This document shows positions 32,906 through 42,430 of a stretch of 60,916 nt of DNA, piece by piece. The position numbers and the translations under genes are program-made. The notes beneath the pieces are model-generated. The model saw only the letters and a program-made list of their open reading frames with translations, was not told the origin of the DNA and ran no database searches. Every line of letters starts with the position of its first letter. The stretch's first letter is position 1. Origin of the DNA: Chitinophaga pinensis (GTDB taxonomy: Bacteria > Bacteroidota > Bacteroidia > NS11-12g > UBA955); the NCBI GenBank assembly GCA_945860565.1, contig CAMAQS010000005.1, positions 1-60,916 of the forward strand, written 5' to 3'.

Positions 32906-34297
32906 ATGGTAAATCAACAGAGTATAATTCAGAACAAAAGAAAATTATACATAGAAAGCTATGGTTGTGCAATGAATTTTTCAGATAGCGAAATCATTGC
33001 TACCATAATGACTGAAAATGGTTTTGAGACCACCAATAATGAATTTGAAGCCGATGTTATATTTTTAAATACTTGTGCAATTCGAGAAAATGCAGAACAA
33101 AGAATCAGAGACCGTTTAAAACATCTAAGATCAAACAAAAAATCCAATAAAGATCTCATAATTGGTGTTTTGGGATGTATGGCCGAAAGACTTAAAAATA
33201 AGTTACTCGAAGAGGAAAAACTAGTAGACGTAGTAGCCGGTCCTGATAGTTACCGTGAGTTACCAAAATTAGTTGCTGAAGTAGATGATGGTGGTAGGGC
33301 AATAAATGTTTTACTATCACGCGAAGAAACCTATGGAGACCTGAATCCAATTCGGCTAAACACAAATGGGGTTTCTGCTTTTATTAGTATAATGAGAGGC
33401 TGTGATAACATGTGCAGTTTTTGTGTTGTACCATATACTCGGGGACGAGAAAGAAGTAGAGACCCAAAGAGTATATTAATAGAAGCAAAAGAATTACAAA
33501 AAAACGGATTCAAAGAAATTACATTATTAGGTCAAAACGTAAACAGTTATTTATGGTTTGGTGGAGGTCCAAAAAAAGAATTTAAAAGTTTAACACCAGA
33601 AGAACAAATAAACTCCACAGACTTTGCACAGCTACTTGAATTGGTTGCCATTGAAGTACCCAATATGAGGATAAGATATAGCACGAGTCATCCACGAGAT
33701 ATTACAGAGAATGTAGTTCACGTAATGAATAAATATGAAAATATTTGCAATTATATCCATCTACCTGCACAAAGTGGTAGTAGCAAAGTGCTCGAATTAA
33801 TGTCCAGAAACTATACAAGAGAATGGTATTTGGATAAAATTTACATGATTCGCTCAATTATTCCAAATTGTGGAATTTCTTGTGATATAATAGCAGGGTT
33901 TTGCTCCGAAACTGACGAAGATCATAAAGAAACATTAAGCTTAATAGAAATTGCCCAATTTGAATTTTGTTACATGTACAAGTATAGCGAAAGACCTGCC
34001 ACACCAGCAGCCAAAAAACTTGAAGACAATATTCCTGAATCCGTTAAAGGCGATAGATTGACAGAAATTATTAAACTACAAAACGCAATAAGTTTAAAGA
34101 AAAATATGACTTATGTTCACCAAGTTGTGGAAGTCTTAATTGAAGGTGATAGTAAAAAGAGCAAAGACTTCTGGATGGGACGAAATGATCAAAATGTAGT
34201 AGTTGTTTTTCCAAAAACAACTGAGTCAAAAGGAGATAAAGTTAAAATACTCATCGAAAATGCAACAACTACAACTTTAATTGGTAAACCAATCTAA
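32906..34297 (+). CDS. miaB: tRNA-2-methylthio-N6-dimethylallyladenosine synthase
   Basis: UPF0004 N-domain Cys pattern ([11 protein letters not shown]...NTCAIRE...GCMA), radical-SAM [15 protein letters not shown], and a C-terminal TRAM domain. Confidence 0.95.
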   Translation: MVNQQSIIQNKRKLYIESYGCAMNFSDSEIIATIMTENGFETTNNEFEADVIFLNTCAIRENAEQRIRDRLKHLRSNKKSNKDLIIGVLGCMAERLKNKLLEEEKLVDVVAGPDSYRELPKLVAEVDDGGRAINVLLSREETYGDLNPIRLNTNGVSAFISIMRGCDNMCSFCVVPYTRGRERSRDPKSILIEAKELQKNGFKEITLLGQNVNSYLWFGGGPKKEFKSLTPEEQINSTDFAQLLELVAIEVPNMRIRYSTSHPRDITENVVHVMNKYENICNYIHLPAQSGSSKVLELMSRNYTREWYLDKIYMIRSIIPNCGISCDIIAGFCSETDEDHKETLSLIEIAQFEFCYMYKYSERPATPAAKKLEDNIPESVKGDRLTEIIKLQNAISLKKNMTYVHQVVEVLIEGDSKKSKDFWMGRNDQNVVVVFPKTTESKGDKVKILIENATTTTLIGKPI

Positions 34298-34301
34298 TTC
34301 A

Positions 34302-34715
34302 TTAGTACTTTTTTGCGCGCTTTCTTCTTTGAATTTTATATTTTTCAAATAAGTTATTGGGTAAAATAGATTCCAAATTTTTAAACTTCTCAGCCTTGGC
34401 ATTAGCCATATCTGATTTTACTACTTCCGGTAAATGTGGGTAATCATGTTTTATTTGTAATTTTTTTCGTTCGTAATTCAATTCTTGCTCATAAATTTGA
34501 GTCATAATGTTGATATTACAAGAATTACGCTTACAAAATGCAAAAACCTTTCTCGCTGCATTTCGTTCATAAGTGAGTTCGCTTTTGCAAGCAACTCTAA
34601 GCCACTTTGGAATTCTTGATTCACCAAATTTGCGGTTAAAGAAGAAAATTGAAGTTACTCTAGATATAATATTTGAAAGTCTTGTGGTTGTTGAAAGCTG
34701 ACGGGTATGGTTCAC
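34302..34715 (-). CDS. Hypothetical basic protein (start uncertain: GTG 34715 or internal ATG giving 67 aa)
   Basis: ORF-track 137 aa, Lys/Arg rich, C-terminus ...KIQRRKRAKKY. No recognisable motif. Coding status rests only on ORF length in AT-rich DNA. Confidence 0.35.
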   Translation of the reverse strand: MNHTRQLSTTTRLSNIISRVTSIFFFNRKFGESRIPKWLRVACKSELTYERNAARKVFAFCKRNSCNINIMTQIYEQELNYERKKLQIKHDYPHLPEVVKSDMANAKAEKFKNLESILPNNLFEKYKIQRRKRAKKY

Positions 34716-34825
34716 GTTTAAGTTTAGTGTTAATTTGAGGTTTATTTACCACTAATACACTACAAAGAACATGCCAAAAAAAACAAAACCCACATTACTA
34801 CTGCAATTTTTGTGTCTGAAATTGC

Positions 34826-35791
34826 CTATGATCCCAACGAATATAGCTGGCGAATATTTAATAGCATGTCCGTTGTCATGTCTTCTAAATTGAAATCAGG
34901 GATCCATCCCCAATCTTCACGCGCATTTGAATCGTCTATAACTGCAGGCCAAGAATTTGCAATTTGCTGTCTGTAATCTGAATTGTATTCTATCGTAAAA
35001 TCAGGTATATGTGTTTTAATTTCATTATAAATTTCTTCTGGTGAAAAACTCATTCCAGCTAGATTATAACTCATTCTCATTTTAATTTTACTCGCCTCCG
35101 CATGCATAACTTCTAAGGTAGCTTTTATAGCATCAGGCATGTAAAGCATTGGTAAAACCGTATCCTTTTCTAAAAAACAATTGTGATGTTGTGTTTTTAG
35201 CGCATCATGATAAATGGATACTGCATAATCTGTTGTACCACCACCAGGCTCTGATTTATATCCAATTAACCCAGGGTACCGCAAACTTCTAGTATCAACT
35301 CCCCATCTGTTATAGTAATATTGAATATATAATTCACCAGCATATTTGCTAATTCCGTAAACAGTTGTTGGATCCATTGCCCCATATTGAGGCGTATCAA
35401 TCCTTGGAGTATTTGGCCCAAATGCAGCGATACTACTAGGCCAATAAACGCGTTTTATTGACTGACCTTCTTTGGCCGCGTTAAGCACATTAAAAAGGCC
35501 ATCCATATTTAACTTCCAACCAAATTCTGGATTCTTTTCTGCAGTTGCACTTAAAAGAGCAGCCAAATGATAAACTTGAGTTGGTTTATACTTCTGTAAA
35601 ATTTCCTTAAACTTTGATTCATCTAAAATATCTAAAGTTTCAAAAGGACCTGTTTCAAAAATAACACTATCATTTTTGCGAATATCCGTCGATATAACAT
35701 GAGATTCACCATAAATCCCCCTTAATGATTCAACTAACTCAGTACCTAGTTGACCACAAGACCCAATAACCAACACCTTTTCATTTGTCAT
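34826..35791 (-). CDS. NAD-dependent epimerase/dehydratase-fold enzyme, probably SDR-type L-threonine 3-dehydrogenase
   Basis: 321 aa. Rossmann motif VLVIGSCGQLGTEL and catalytic Y-x3-K (YGISKYAGE). Overall resemblance to the extended-SDR threonine dehydrogenases of Flavobacteria, judged from memory. Confidence 0.6.
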   Translation of the reverse strand: MTNEKVLVIGSCGQLGTELVESLRGIYGESHVISTDIRKNDSVIFETGPFETLDILDESKFKEILQKYKPTQVYHLAALLSATAEKNPEFGWKLNMDGLFNVLNAAKEGQSIKRVYWPSSIAAFGPNTPRIDTPQYGAMDPTTVYGISKYAGELYIQYYYNRWGVDTRSLRYPGLIGYKSEPGGGTTDYAVSIYHDALKTQHHNCFLEKDTVLPMLYMPDAIKATLEVMHAEASKIKMRMSYNLAGMSFSPEEIYNEIKTHIPDFTIEYNSDYRQQIANSWPAVIDDSNAREDWGWIPDFNLEDMTTDMLLNIRQLYSLGS

Positions 35792-35918
35792 ATCCTATAT
35801 TTTATACAAATTAAGGTGCTTCATTTTAATTATCATACCAACATTTTAAAGAAAATTAAATTTCTTTTGGGGGATAACCTTCAAATGCGTGTATTCTTAA
35901 AGATAATCAAACAAAACC

Positions 35919-36095
35919 ATGAAAGAACAACTCGAATCCAATGTCCTAACAAAATATGCTGCTGGTCTTATGGAAGCTGATGAATTAAGAATTTTAGAAG
36001 ATTGGTTAAAACAAAATCCTCAATTCATGAATACCCTTGCTTTCGTTCAACAACAAGTTAAAGCAATGTCTATTGAAAACTCTTTTGTAAGATAA
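35919..36095 (+). pseudogene. 58-codon ORF encoding only the N-terminal (sigma-binding type) segment of a FecR-like anti-sigma factor
   Basis: ATG 35919 to TAA 36093-36095. The translation MKEQLESNVLTKYAAGLMEADELRILEDWLKQNPQFMNTLAFVQQQ... matches the usual FecR N-terminus (..KYL.G.....E......WL....N..F). It is too short for the ORF track. It ends 5 nt before, and in a different frame from, the FecR body. Confidence 0.5.
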
Positions 36096-36100
36096 TTTTT

Positions 36101-36961
36101 ATGGATAATCATTCAAAATCAAAAGAAAACCAAATTAATCCAGAATTTCTGGAAGTTTGGGATCTTGCCAAAAATTACACTTTACCTGAATCCAAAACAA
36201 ACGATTTGGCATGGGAAAATTTTAAACTAAAAATTGAAGCTCAACCAAAAAAGCAATCATTATTTGTTTCATACAAAAGAGTTATTTCCGTTGCCGCTTC
36301 AATTTTATTATTGGCAATGGCCGGTGCTTACTTTTTCTTTATAGCAAAACCAAAAAATATAAATGAAAATTATACCACAAAATCAAAAGAAACCAAAAGT
36401 ATTACTTTACCTGATGGCACAATAGTGCTATTAAATCCTAACAGCAAACTTGTTCTTAGTTTTAGTGATGTCAAGAGAAGTTTAAATCTTATTGGACATG
36501 CTCGATTTGAAGTTAAAAGAAATGAAAATGCACCTTTTATTGTGCAAACAGTGAACGGAACTGTAACAGTTTTGGGTACAGGATTTGATGTATCATCTTA
36601 CAGTAATTCCCAATTTAGTGTTTATGTAAATCATGGAAAAGTAAAAGTCGAAACAGCCAATGAGGAAGCCATTCTTACAAAAGGAAATTATGTTTCAAAG
36701 ATTAATAGCAAACTATTTTTAACCCGGAAAACAGACAATCCAGTAAATTTAGAGAATAATGTCATCACATTCAATGAAGCCTCTTTAAAGGAAGTTATTC
36801 AAATAATTTCGAATGTTTATTCTCAAAAAATAGACATGCCCAATTCAACGTCTATTAAATTAAATGAAAAATTCACGGGTAAAATAAATTATAATCAAGA
36901 TTTAAAAGAAGTTTGTGAAGTTATTAATGCTGCTATGAATACCAATCTTATAGTGATGTAA
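36101..36961 (+). CDS. FecR-family protein body (TM helix, FecR domain, DUF4974-like C-terminus), lacking the usual N-terminal segment
   Basis: TM helix VISVAASILLLAMAGAYFFFI. FecR-domain pattern ITLPDGTIVLLNPNSKLV...ARFEVKRNENAPFIVQT..GTVTVLGTGFDV. C-terminal ITFNEASLKEVIQIISNVYSQKI. Confidence 0.8.
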   Translation: MDNHSKSKENQINPEFLEVWDLAKNYTLPESKTNDLAWENFKLKIEAQPKKQSLFVSYKRVISVAASILLLAMAGAYFFFIAKPKNINENYTTKSKETKSITLPDGTIVLLNPNSKLVLSFSDVKRSLNLIGHARFEVKRNENAPFIVQTVNGTVTVLGTGFDVSSYSNSQFSVYVNHGKVKVETANEEAILTKGNYVSKINSKLFLTRKTDNPVNLENNVITFNEASLKEVIQIISNVYSQKIDMPNSTSIKLNEKFTGKINYNQDLKEVCEVINAAMNTNLIVM

Positions 36962-37019
36962 AATTGACAATTACCCTAAGAGAAAGTCCCATTTTTATTG
37001 CTAAATTTGTTTACATACT

Positions 37020-40000
37020 GTGAACAAATTTTTTCTTTTCGCTTGGATACTGCTTTACGCAAATTTTGGAATTGCACAAAATCCAGCAAATTACTTTGTT
37101 CCCAATGTTGGCCAATTAATTTTAAGTGAATCGGATGAAAGTCCAATAGCGTATCTGGAATTACCTCTTGCAAATATTTATTTGCTCGATAACGGATTAA
37201 GAATATCATTAACCAATATTAACGACAAACCAAATATTCACAAGGCCTTTCATTTTAAAGGTTTAGACACCCAATTTACTGTTAACTATCAGGTGTTTGA
37301 CATAAGAATGTTAAATTCCTCTAAACCTACTTCAATTGAATATGTTGAAGCCGCACCATATTATTTAAATTTTTATTTAGGTTCTAATGAAGATAATTGG
37401 AAAAATAAGGTTTCACCATGTGGTAAAATTATTGTCTCAAACGTTTATCCTAAAATTGATTGGGTCATTTATATAAAAAATGACCAGATTGAGTTCGATT
37501 GGATTTTACATCGAGGTGCCAATCCAAATCTCATTAAACTTGGATTTAAAGGTATGGATACCATACTTTCAGCAAATAACAACATTCAACTTTGCTCGAA
37601 AAATGGAAATTTCACCTTAAATCAACCCAACACTTATCAATTAAAAAGTAAAACTAAAAAACGAACAATTAAAAGTAGGTACAAAAAATTAAGCTACAAT
37701 ATGTTCGGATTTGAAATTGGCAATTATGATAGCCTAAAACCCTTAATTATTGACCCAATTCTGGTTTTCAGCACCTATAGTGGCTCACAAGCCGATAATT
37801 TCGGATTTACCGCAACTTATGATACGTCTGGCAACTTATATGCTGGTGGAATAGTTGATGCAAATATTAGAAATTATCCGGTTACAACTGGAGCTTTTCA
37901 AACTGTTTTTGGAGGCAGCAATAATGGCGCCGATCCCGTTTCTCTGCCTTGTGATATTAGTATTAGTAAATATAGTCCCGACGGTAAAAAATTAATTTTT
38001 GCAACATATTTGGGTGGCAACAATGATGACTATCCACATAGTATAGGCACGGATATTCATAATAATTTATTATTACTTGGATCAACACTTTCAGAAGACT
38101 TCCCAATTCATGCTGATTCATTTGTTCAAAATTCATATCAAGGAAATTATGATATAATTGTCGTCAAAATTAGTTCCGATGGAACCAAACTAATGGGTAG
38201 CACCTATATCGGCGGTCCAAACCAAGATGGTTTTCAAAATAACAGTGGCGTTTTTAAAAGTCAGCTTTTGTACAATTATGCCGATAATTATAGAGGTGAT
38301 ATTAACTCTGATTTAGACGGAAATATTTATGTTGCAACTTGTTCTAGGTCAACAAATATTAGCATACTAAAACCTGGTTTTCAAAGCTCTAATAATGGAA
38401 GAACTGATGCATTGATATTTTCATTATCGCCCAATTTGAGTTTCATTCGTTGGTCAACTTTTATTGGAGGAAACCAAGATGACGCCGCATATTCATGCAG
38501 ATTTGATGATTCTGAAAACATCATTATCTCAGGAGGAACTAATAGTCAAAATTTTCCCATTAATGGAACAAAACCATTCCAAAGCACTTATGCAGGCGCC
38601 ATTGATGGCTTCATTCTAAAGATGGATAAAGTTCTTGGACTTTACAAAGCAGGCACCTTTTGGGGGACAGATCTTTACGACCAAATTTATTTTGTTGATG
38701 TTGATCCCGACGGGAAAATCTATTTTACAGGTCAAACGGAAGGGGCGATATCAATTTCACCTAAGGTATATGGGGTTAACAATGCCCATCAATTCATTGG
38801 AAGAATATCTAATAATCTAGATTCTGTAGAATTTATTACTGCTTTTGGCAATGTAAACAAATCTAACCCCGATTTAAGCCCTTCTGCTTTTATGGTTGAC
38901 GACTGTTATAATATTTATTTTAGTGGGTGGGGATCAGAAATTGGTCTTGGAAATACCGGAACAACAAATAATTTGGAAATTACAAGTGACGCACATCAAA
39001 AACAAACAGATGGGAATGATTTTTATCTACTGGCACTTTCGAAAGATGCAAAATCTTTGCAATATGCATCTTATTTTGGGGGAAACAACAGCGGCGACCA
39101 TGTAGATGGAGGAACCTCACGTTTTGATAAAAGAGGTATAGTATATCAATCGGTTTGTGCTTCTTGTCCAGACAATCCTCCGGGATTAAATGATTTCCCT
39201 ACAACTTCTGGTGCAGTATTTAAAAATAACGTAAGTATTAGATGCTCAAATGCCAGTTTCAAATTAGATTTTCGTTTGGGTTATTCTATTGATGCTAATT
39301 TTACTAGTCCTGTCAAAATTTGTTCGAATGGCTTTTCTAAATTTCAACCAATTACTATTTATAATGCCAATTATTTTTGGGATTTTGGTGATGGAAATAC
39401 ATCCACTGAAATTGCACCTTCACATGCTTACAAAAACTCAGGAAAATATATTATTAAACTTACAGTAACAGATACCAACAGTTGTAATGTTAAATCAAAA
39501 TATCAAAGAAATATAACGGTAATTGAATCAACAAACGCTACTGTAGAAACCAGTATTGAAAGCTGTAAAACTGGAGTTACTTTCGAAGCTAAAGGAACCT
39601 TTTTTGACTCAATTATTTGGGATTTCGGGGATGGAAGTAAATTAATCTTTAATGATAATCCAGTTTCTCACGAATACAACACTGGTAATTTCAATTCTAC
39701 GGTAATGTTTAAGAATACAGCGACACAATGTAAAGACACAATAAATATTGCCATTTCCGATACCTCGTTCAAGCCAAAAGAATTACTAATTTCCAATGTA
39801 TTTACTCCTAATAACGACAATAAAAATGATTGTTTTGAAGTATTTGGATTTTCAAAAGATTGTGATGAAGCAGAGTTGTTAATATATAATCGCTGGGGAG
39901 AACGCATATTTAAAACTTCAGATTTATCTATTTGTTGGAATGGAAAAGTTGATAACATTGGCCCAGAATTGCCAAGTGGAACTTATTTCTATATTCTAAA

Positions 40001-40073
40001 AATTATTAAATCATCAAATACTTCACTTCCTCAACAAATTAATGGTTCTATTAACCTTATTAGGAACAATTAG
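37020..40073 (+). CDS. Secreted beta-propeller (SBBP-type repeat) / PKD protein with T9SS type-B C-terminal sorting domain
   Basis: 1017 aa, GTG start, signal peptide MNKFFLFAWILLYANFGIAQ. About seven repeats of the type STY(S/L)GG...D.....D..GN.Y..G.T.S.(D/N)FP. Two WDFGDG PKD modules. C-terminus LLISNVFTPNNDNKNDCFEV...IYNRWGERIF...WNGKV...GTYFYIL. Confidence 0.85.
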   Translation: MNKFFLFAWILLYANFGIAQNPANYFVPNVGQLILSESDESPIAYLELPLANIYLLDNGLRISLTNINDKPNIHKAFHFKGLDTQFTVNYQVFDIRMLNSSKPTSIEYVEAAPYYLNFYLGSNEDNWKNKVSPCGKIIVSNVYPKIDWVIYIKNDQIEFDWILHRGANPNLIKLGFKGMDTILSANNNIQLCSKNGNFTLNQPNTYQLKSKTKKRTIKSRYKKLSYNMFGFEIGNYDSLKPLIIDPILVFSTYSGSQADNFGFTATYDTSGNLYAGGIVDANIRNYPVTTGAFQTVFGGSNNGADPVSLPCDISISKYSPDGKKLIFATYLGGNNDDYPHSIGTDIHNNLLLLGSTLSEDFPIHADSFVQNSYQGNYDIIVVKISSDGTKLMGSTYIGGPNQDGFQNNSGVFKSQLLYNYADNYRGDINSDLDGNIYVATCSRSTNISILKPGFQSSNNGRTDALIFSLSPNLSFIRWSTFIGGNQDDAAYSCRFDDSENIIISGGTNSQNFPINGTKPFQSTYAGAIDGFILKMDKVLGLYKAGTFWGTDLYDQIYFVDVDPDGKIYFTGQTEGAISISPKVYGVNNAHQFIGRISNNLDSVEFITAFGNVNKSNPDLSPSAFMVDDCYNIYFSGWGSEIGLGNTGTTNNLEITSDAHQKQTDGNDFYLLALSKDAKSLQYASYFGGNNSGDHVDGGTSRFDKRGIVYQSVCASCPDNPPGLNDFPTTSGAVFKNNVSIRCSNASFKLDFRLGYSIDANFTSPVKICSNGFSKFQPITIYNANYFWDFGDGNTSTEIAPSHAYKNSGKYIIKLTVTDTNSCNVKSKYQRNITVIESTNATVETSIESCKTGVTFEAKGTFFDSIIWDFGDGSKLIFNDNPVSHEYNTGNFNSTVMFKNTATQCKDTINIAISDTSFKPKELLISNVFTPNNDNKNDCFEVFGFSKDCDEAELLIYNRWGERIFKTSDLSICWNGKVDNIGPELPSGTYFYILKIIKSSNTSLPQQINGSINLIRNN

Positions 40074-40312
40074 CAATTGCATTTTTTTGCAAATTGTTTT
40101 GCCGATATATTACTTGAACGAAATATTATATCAATTTCAAACCAATCATTAGGCTTATTTCCGTCTATTTCGATTAATCTTTCTTTTTCTTCCCCTATTT
40201 TTAATTTAGGACCATTTGCATTGGAATCAAATAAAAACCCCGTGTTGTGCGTAAGGATTTCGTTATGAGGCCCTAAGTATCTATGAAATCAACACATTTG
40301 AGACGGAGGCAT
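40070..40312 (-). pseudogene. Possible relic of a small gene: 80-codon frame interrupted by one in-frame TGA at codon 8
   Basis: Minus strand reads ATG(40312) MPPSQMC-TGA(40289-40291)-FHRYLGPHNEILTHNTGFLFDSNANGPKLKIGEEKERLIEIDGNKPNDWFEIDIIFRSSNISAKQFAKKCNC-TAA(40070-40072). The 72-codon open stretch has protein-like composition but no usable start codon after the TGA. No family recognised. Confidence 0.25.
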
Positions 40313-40418
40313 ATTTCACTGAAATATTAACCGAAATAAATTGAGAGAAACTTCTGATTTCAAAGGAATATAGGGCTCAGTATATTTTCTAATGCATATT
40401 CCAGATTAAAGATTTAAA

Positions 40419-40446
40419 CGCACCACAATAGCTAAATCCTGGTGCG
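40419..40446 (-). terminator. Weak terminator-like hairpin downstream of fabD
   Basis: CGCACCA-14 nt-TGGTGCG (7-bp GC-rich stem). On the minus strand it is followed by TTTAAATCTTTAAT. About 120 nt past the fabD stop. Confidence 0.35.
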
Positions 40447-40567
40447 CCTTTGAATAAAATCGCAATTATTGACAGATTTAAATTTGTTAAACTTCAACAA
40501 CCTTGAAATATAATTCTCTCTGCAATAAACTATATCCCCTCAAAAAAACGAATTTTCATTACATGGT

Positions 40568-41428
40568 TTATTTCAAAATCTTAGAAATCAAACCTTGAAG
40601 TACCTTACCCGGTCCGACTTCAATATATTCCGTTGCCCCAGCTAAATGCATATTCCTAATTGTCTGGGTCCATTTAACAGGTGCCGTTAATTGAGCAATT
40701 AAGTTATCTTTAATTATTTCAGCATTTGTTTCTGCATTGGCCGTTACATTTTGAAATATTGGGCACATAGGAGATGATATAGTTGTATTGCTTATAGCTA
40801 AAGCTAGCTTTTCTTTCGCTGGTTCCATGAGAGGTGAATGAAAAGCTCCTCCAACAGGTAAAATAATTGCCCGTTTTGCACCCGCTTCTTTCATACCTTC
40901 ACAAGCTAAAACAACAGCTTCATAATTACCTGAAATAACCAATTGACCAGGGCAATTATAATTTGCAGCGACTACGATTCCATCTATTTCCCTACAAACC
41001 TTTTCAACTATTTCATCTTCCAACGACAAAACTGCCGCCATAGTGCCCTTTTCTAATTCACACGCTTCTTGCATCGCTATAGCCCTTTGATAAACCAGTT
41101 TTAACCCATCCTCAAAACTCATAGCTCCAGATGCTACTAAAGCACTAAATTCACCTAAACTATGACCTGCAACCATGTCTGGTTTAAAATCCAATCCCAT
41201 TTCAGCAGCAGCGACCACACTGTGTAGAAATATTGCTGGCTGAGTTACATCAGTTCTTTTTAGATCCTCTTCAGAACCATGAAACATAATATCAGTTAAA
41301 CGATATTTCAAAATTTCATTGGCTTGTTCAAATAAATCATGGGCAGATTTTGTAGCATTAAATAGCTCAATTCCCATACCTGAAAATTGGGAACCTTGCC
41401 CAGGAAATACAAATGCTTTTTTAGTCAT
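40568..41428 (-). CDS. fabD: Malonyl-CoA:ACP transacylase
   Basis: 286 aa. FPGQGSQ N-terminal motif and active-site GHSLGEFSA. Confidence 0.95.
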   Translation of the reverse strand: MTKKAFVFPGQGSQFSGMGIELFNATKSAHDLFEQANEILKYRLTDIMFHGSEEDLKRTDVTQPAIFLHSVVAAAEMGLDFKPDMVAGHSLGEFSALVASGAMSFEDGLKLVYQRAIAMQEACELEKGTMAAVLSLEDEIVEKVCREIDGIVVAANYNCPGQLVISGNYEAVVLACEGMKEAGAKRAIILPVGGAFHSPLMEPAKEKLALAISNTTISSPMCPIFQNVTANAETNAEIIKDNLIAQLTAPVKWTQTIRNMHLAGATEYIEVGPGKVLQGLISKILK

Positions 41429-41462
41429 ATTGGCAAAATAAATGATTTTTTAAAGATAAATT

Positions 41463-41482
41463 ATATTTGTTTAAACAAATAT
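41463..41482. promoter_or_regulatory. Perfect 20-bp palindrome overlapping a TAtaTTTG -7 box in the fabD/yceI divergent intergenic region
   Basis: ATATTTGTTTAAACAAATAT equals its own reverse complement. TATATTTG at about 41462-41469 is a perfect plus-strand -7 box, about 50 nt upstream of the yceI ATG (41520). Confidence 0.5.
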
Positions 41483-41519
41483 TAAATATAACTGTTAACT
41501 TTGAATAGATAATACAAAT

Positions 41520-42062
41520 ATGACTACACAAACAATGTCCGATTGGAACTTAGATCCAACCCATTCAGAAGCACAATTCAAAGTTAAACACTTGGTAATT
41601 TCAACCGTAACTGGCAGTTTTAACAAGTTTGAATCCCATTTGTCAAAAGAAAACGAAAATTGGGAAAATACAAACGTTACTTTCTCAGTTGATGTAAATA
41701 GTATCGACACTAACAATGTAGATAGAGACGGTCATTTAAAATCTGCAGATTTTTTCGATGTTGCAAATCATCCCAATATGACTTTTAATTCAACCGAATT
41801 CAAAATGACCGGTGAAAATATTTACAACGTAACTGGTAATTTAACCATTAAGGGAGTTACCAAAGAAGTTACCTTAATAGCAACTTTCGGTGGTGAAATG
41901 GTTGATCCGTATGGCAATCACAAAGCTGGATTTGAAGTAACAGGTGAAATAAGCAGAGAATCATTTGGATTAACTTGGAATGCGGTTACTGAAGCAGGTG
42001 GAGTTGTAGTTGGTGACAATGTAAAATTAACATTCAATGTTCAATACGTTCTGAATAAATAA
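41520..42062 (+). CDS. YceI-family polyisoprenoid-binding protein (no signal peptide)
   Basis: 180 aa. W.LD..HS...F.VKH and T..GNLTIKGVTKEV motifs are typical of YceI-like lipocalin-fold proteins. Confidence 0.85.
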   Translation: MTTQTMSDWNLDPTHSEAQFKVKHLVISTVTGSFNKFESHLSKENENWENTNVTFSVDVNSIDTNNVDRDGHLKSADFFDVANHPNMTFNSTEFKMTGENIYNVTGNLTIKGVTKEVTLIATFGGEMVDPYGNHKAGFEVTGEISRESFGLTWNAVTEAGGVVVGDNVKLTFNVQYVLNK

Positions 42063-42070
42063 AAAATATA

Positions 42071-42110
42071 AAGGAATGATCTGAATTAAAATAGGTCATT
42101 CCTTTTTTTT
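42071..42110 (+). terminator. Rho-independent terminator of yceI
   Basis: AAGGAATGATC-12 nt-GGTCATTCCTT followed by a T run of about 8 nt (part of which also forms the 3' end of the stem). Starts 9 nt after the yceI stop. Confidence 0.8.
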
Positions 42111-42430
42111 ACAAAATAATTAGCGTTTTTTAATCTATAATAAGCAATTAAATTATTAATCAACTATTTAAATATTTTTTTAGGATTTTAGAAACTAAAA
42201 TCCATCTAGAGTAGTATTCAATTTTGTTAATTATCCTTACAAAAACAATACAGGAAAATGTATTTGCCTGTTCAATTAAAATCAATGTTATTGAATAAAT
42301 AACTTACATTTATACAGTTAAATATTTCTATCAAAATTGAGTATTTAACCGCCTTTACCAATTTAGGTCCTTTGCCCTATTTTCAATTCTCAAATCAAGA
42401 TAAAATACATTGGCGTATTTTGATAAATGA

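Noticed and set aside
36976-37209. A 77-aa minus-strand ORF across the FecR/cargo junction.
   Set aside because: It overlaps the signal-peptide-encoding start of the 1017-aa cargo gene on the opposite strand and has no motif support.
40077-40268. ORF-track plus-strand ORF of 63 aa.
   Set aside because: Its composition is Leu/Ser/Phe/Ile-rich, typical of the antisense of an AT-rich coding frame. It mirrors the more protein-like minus-strand frame. It has no promoter or motif support.
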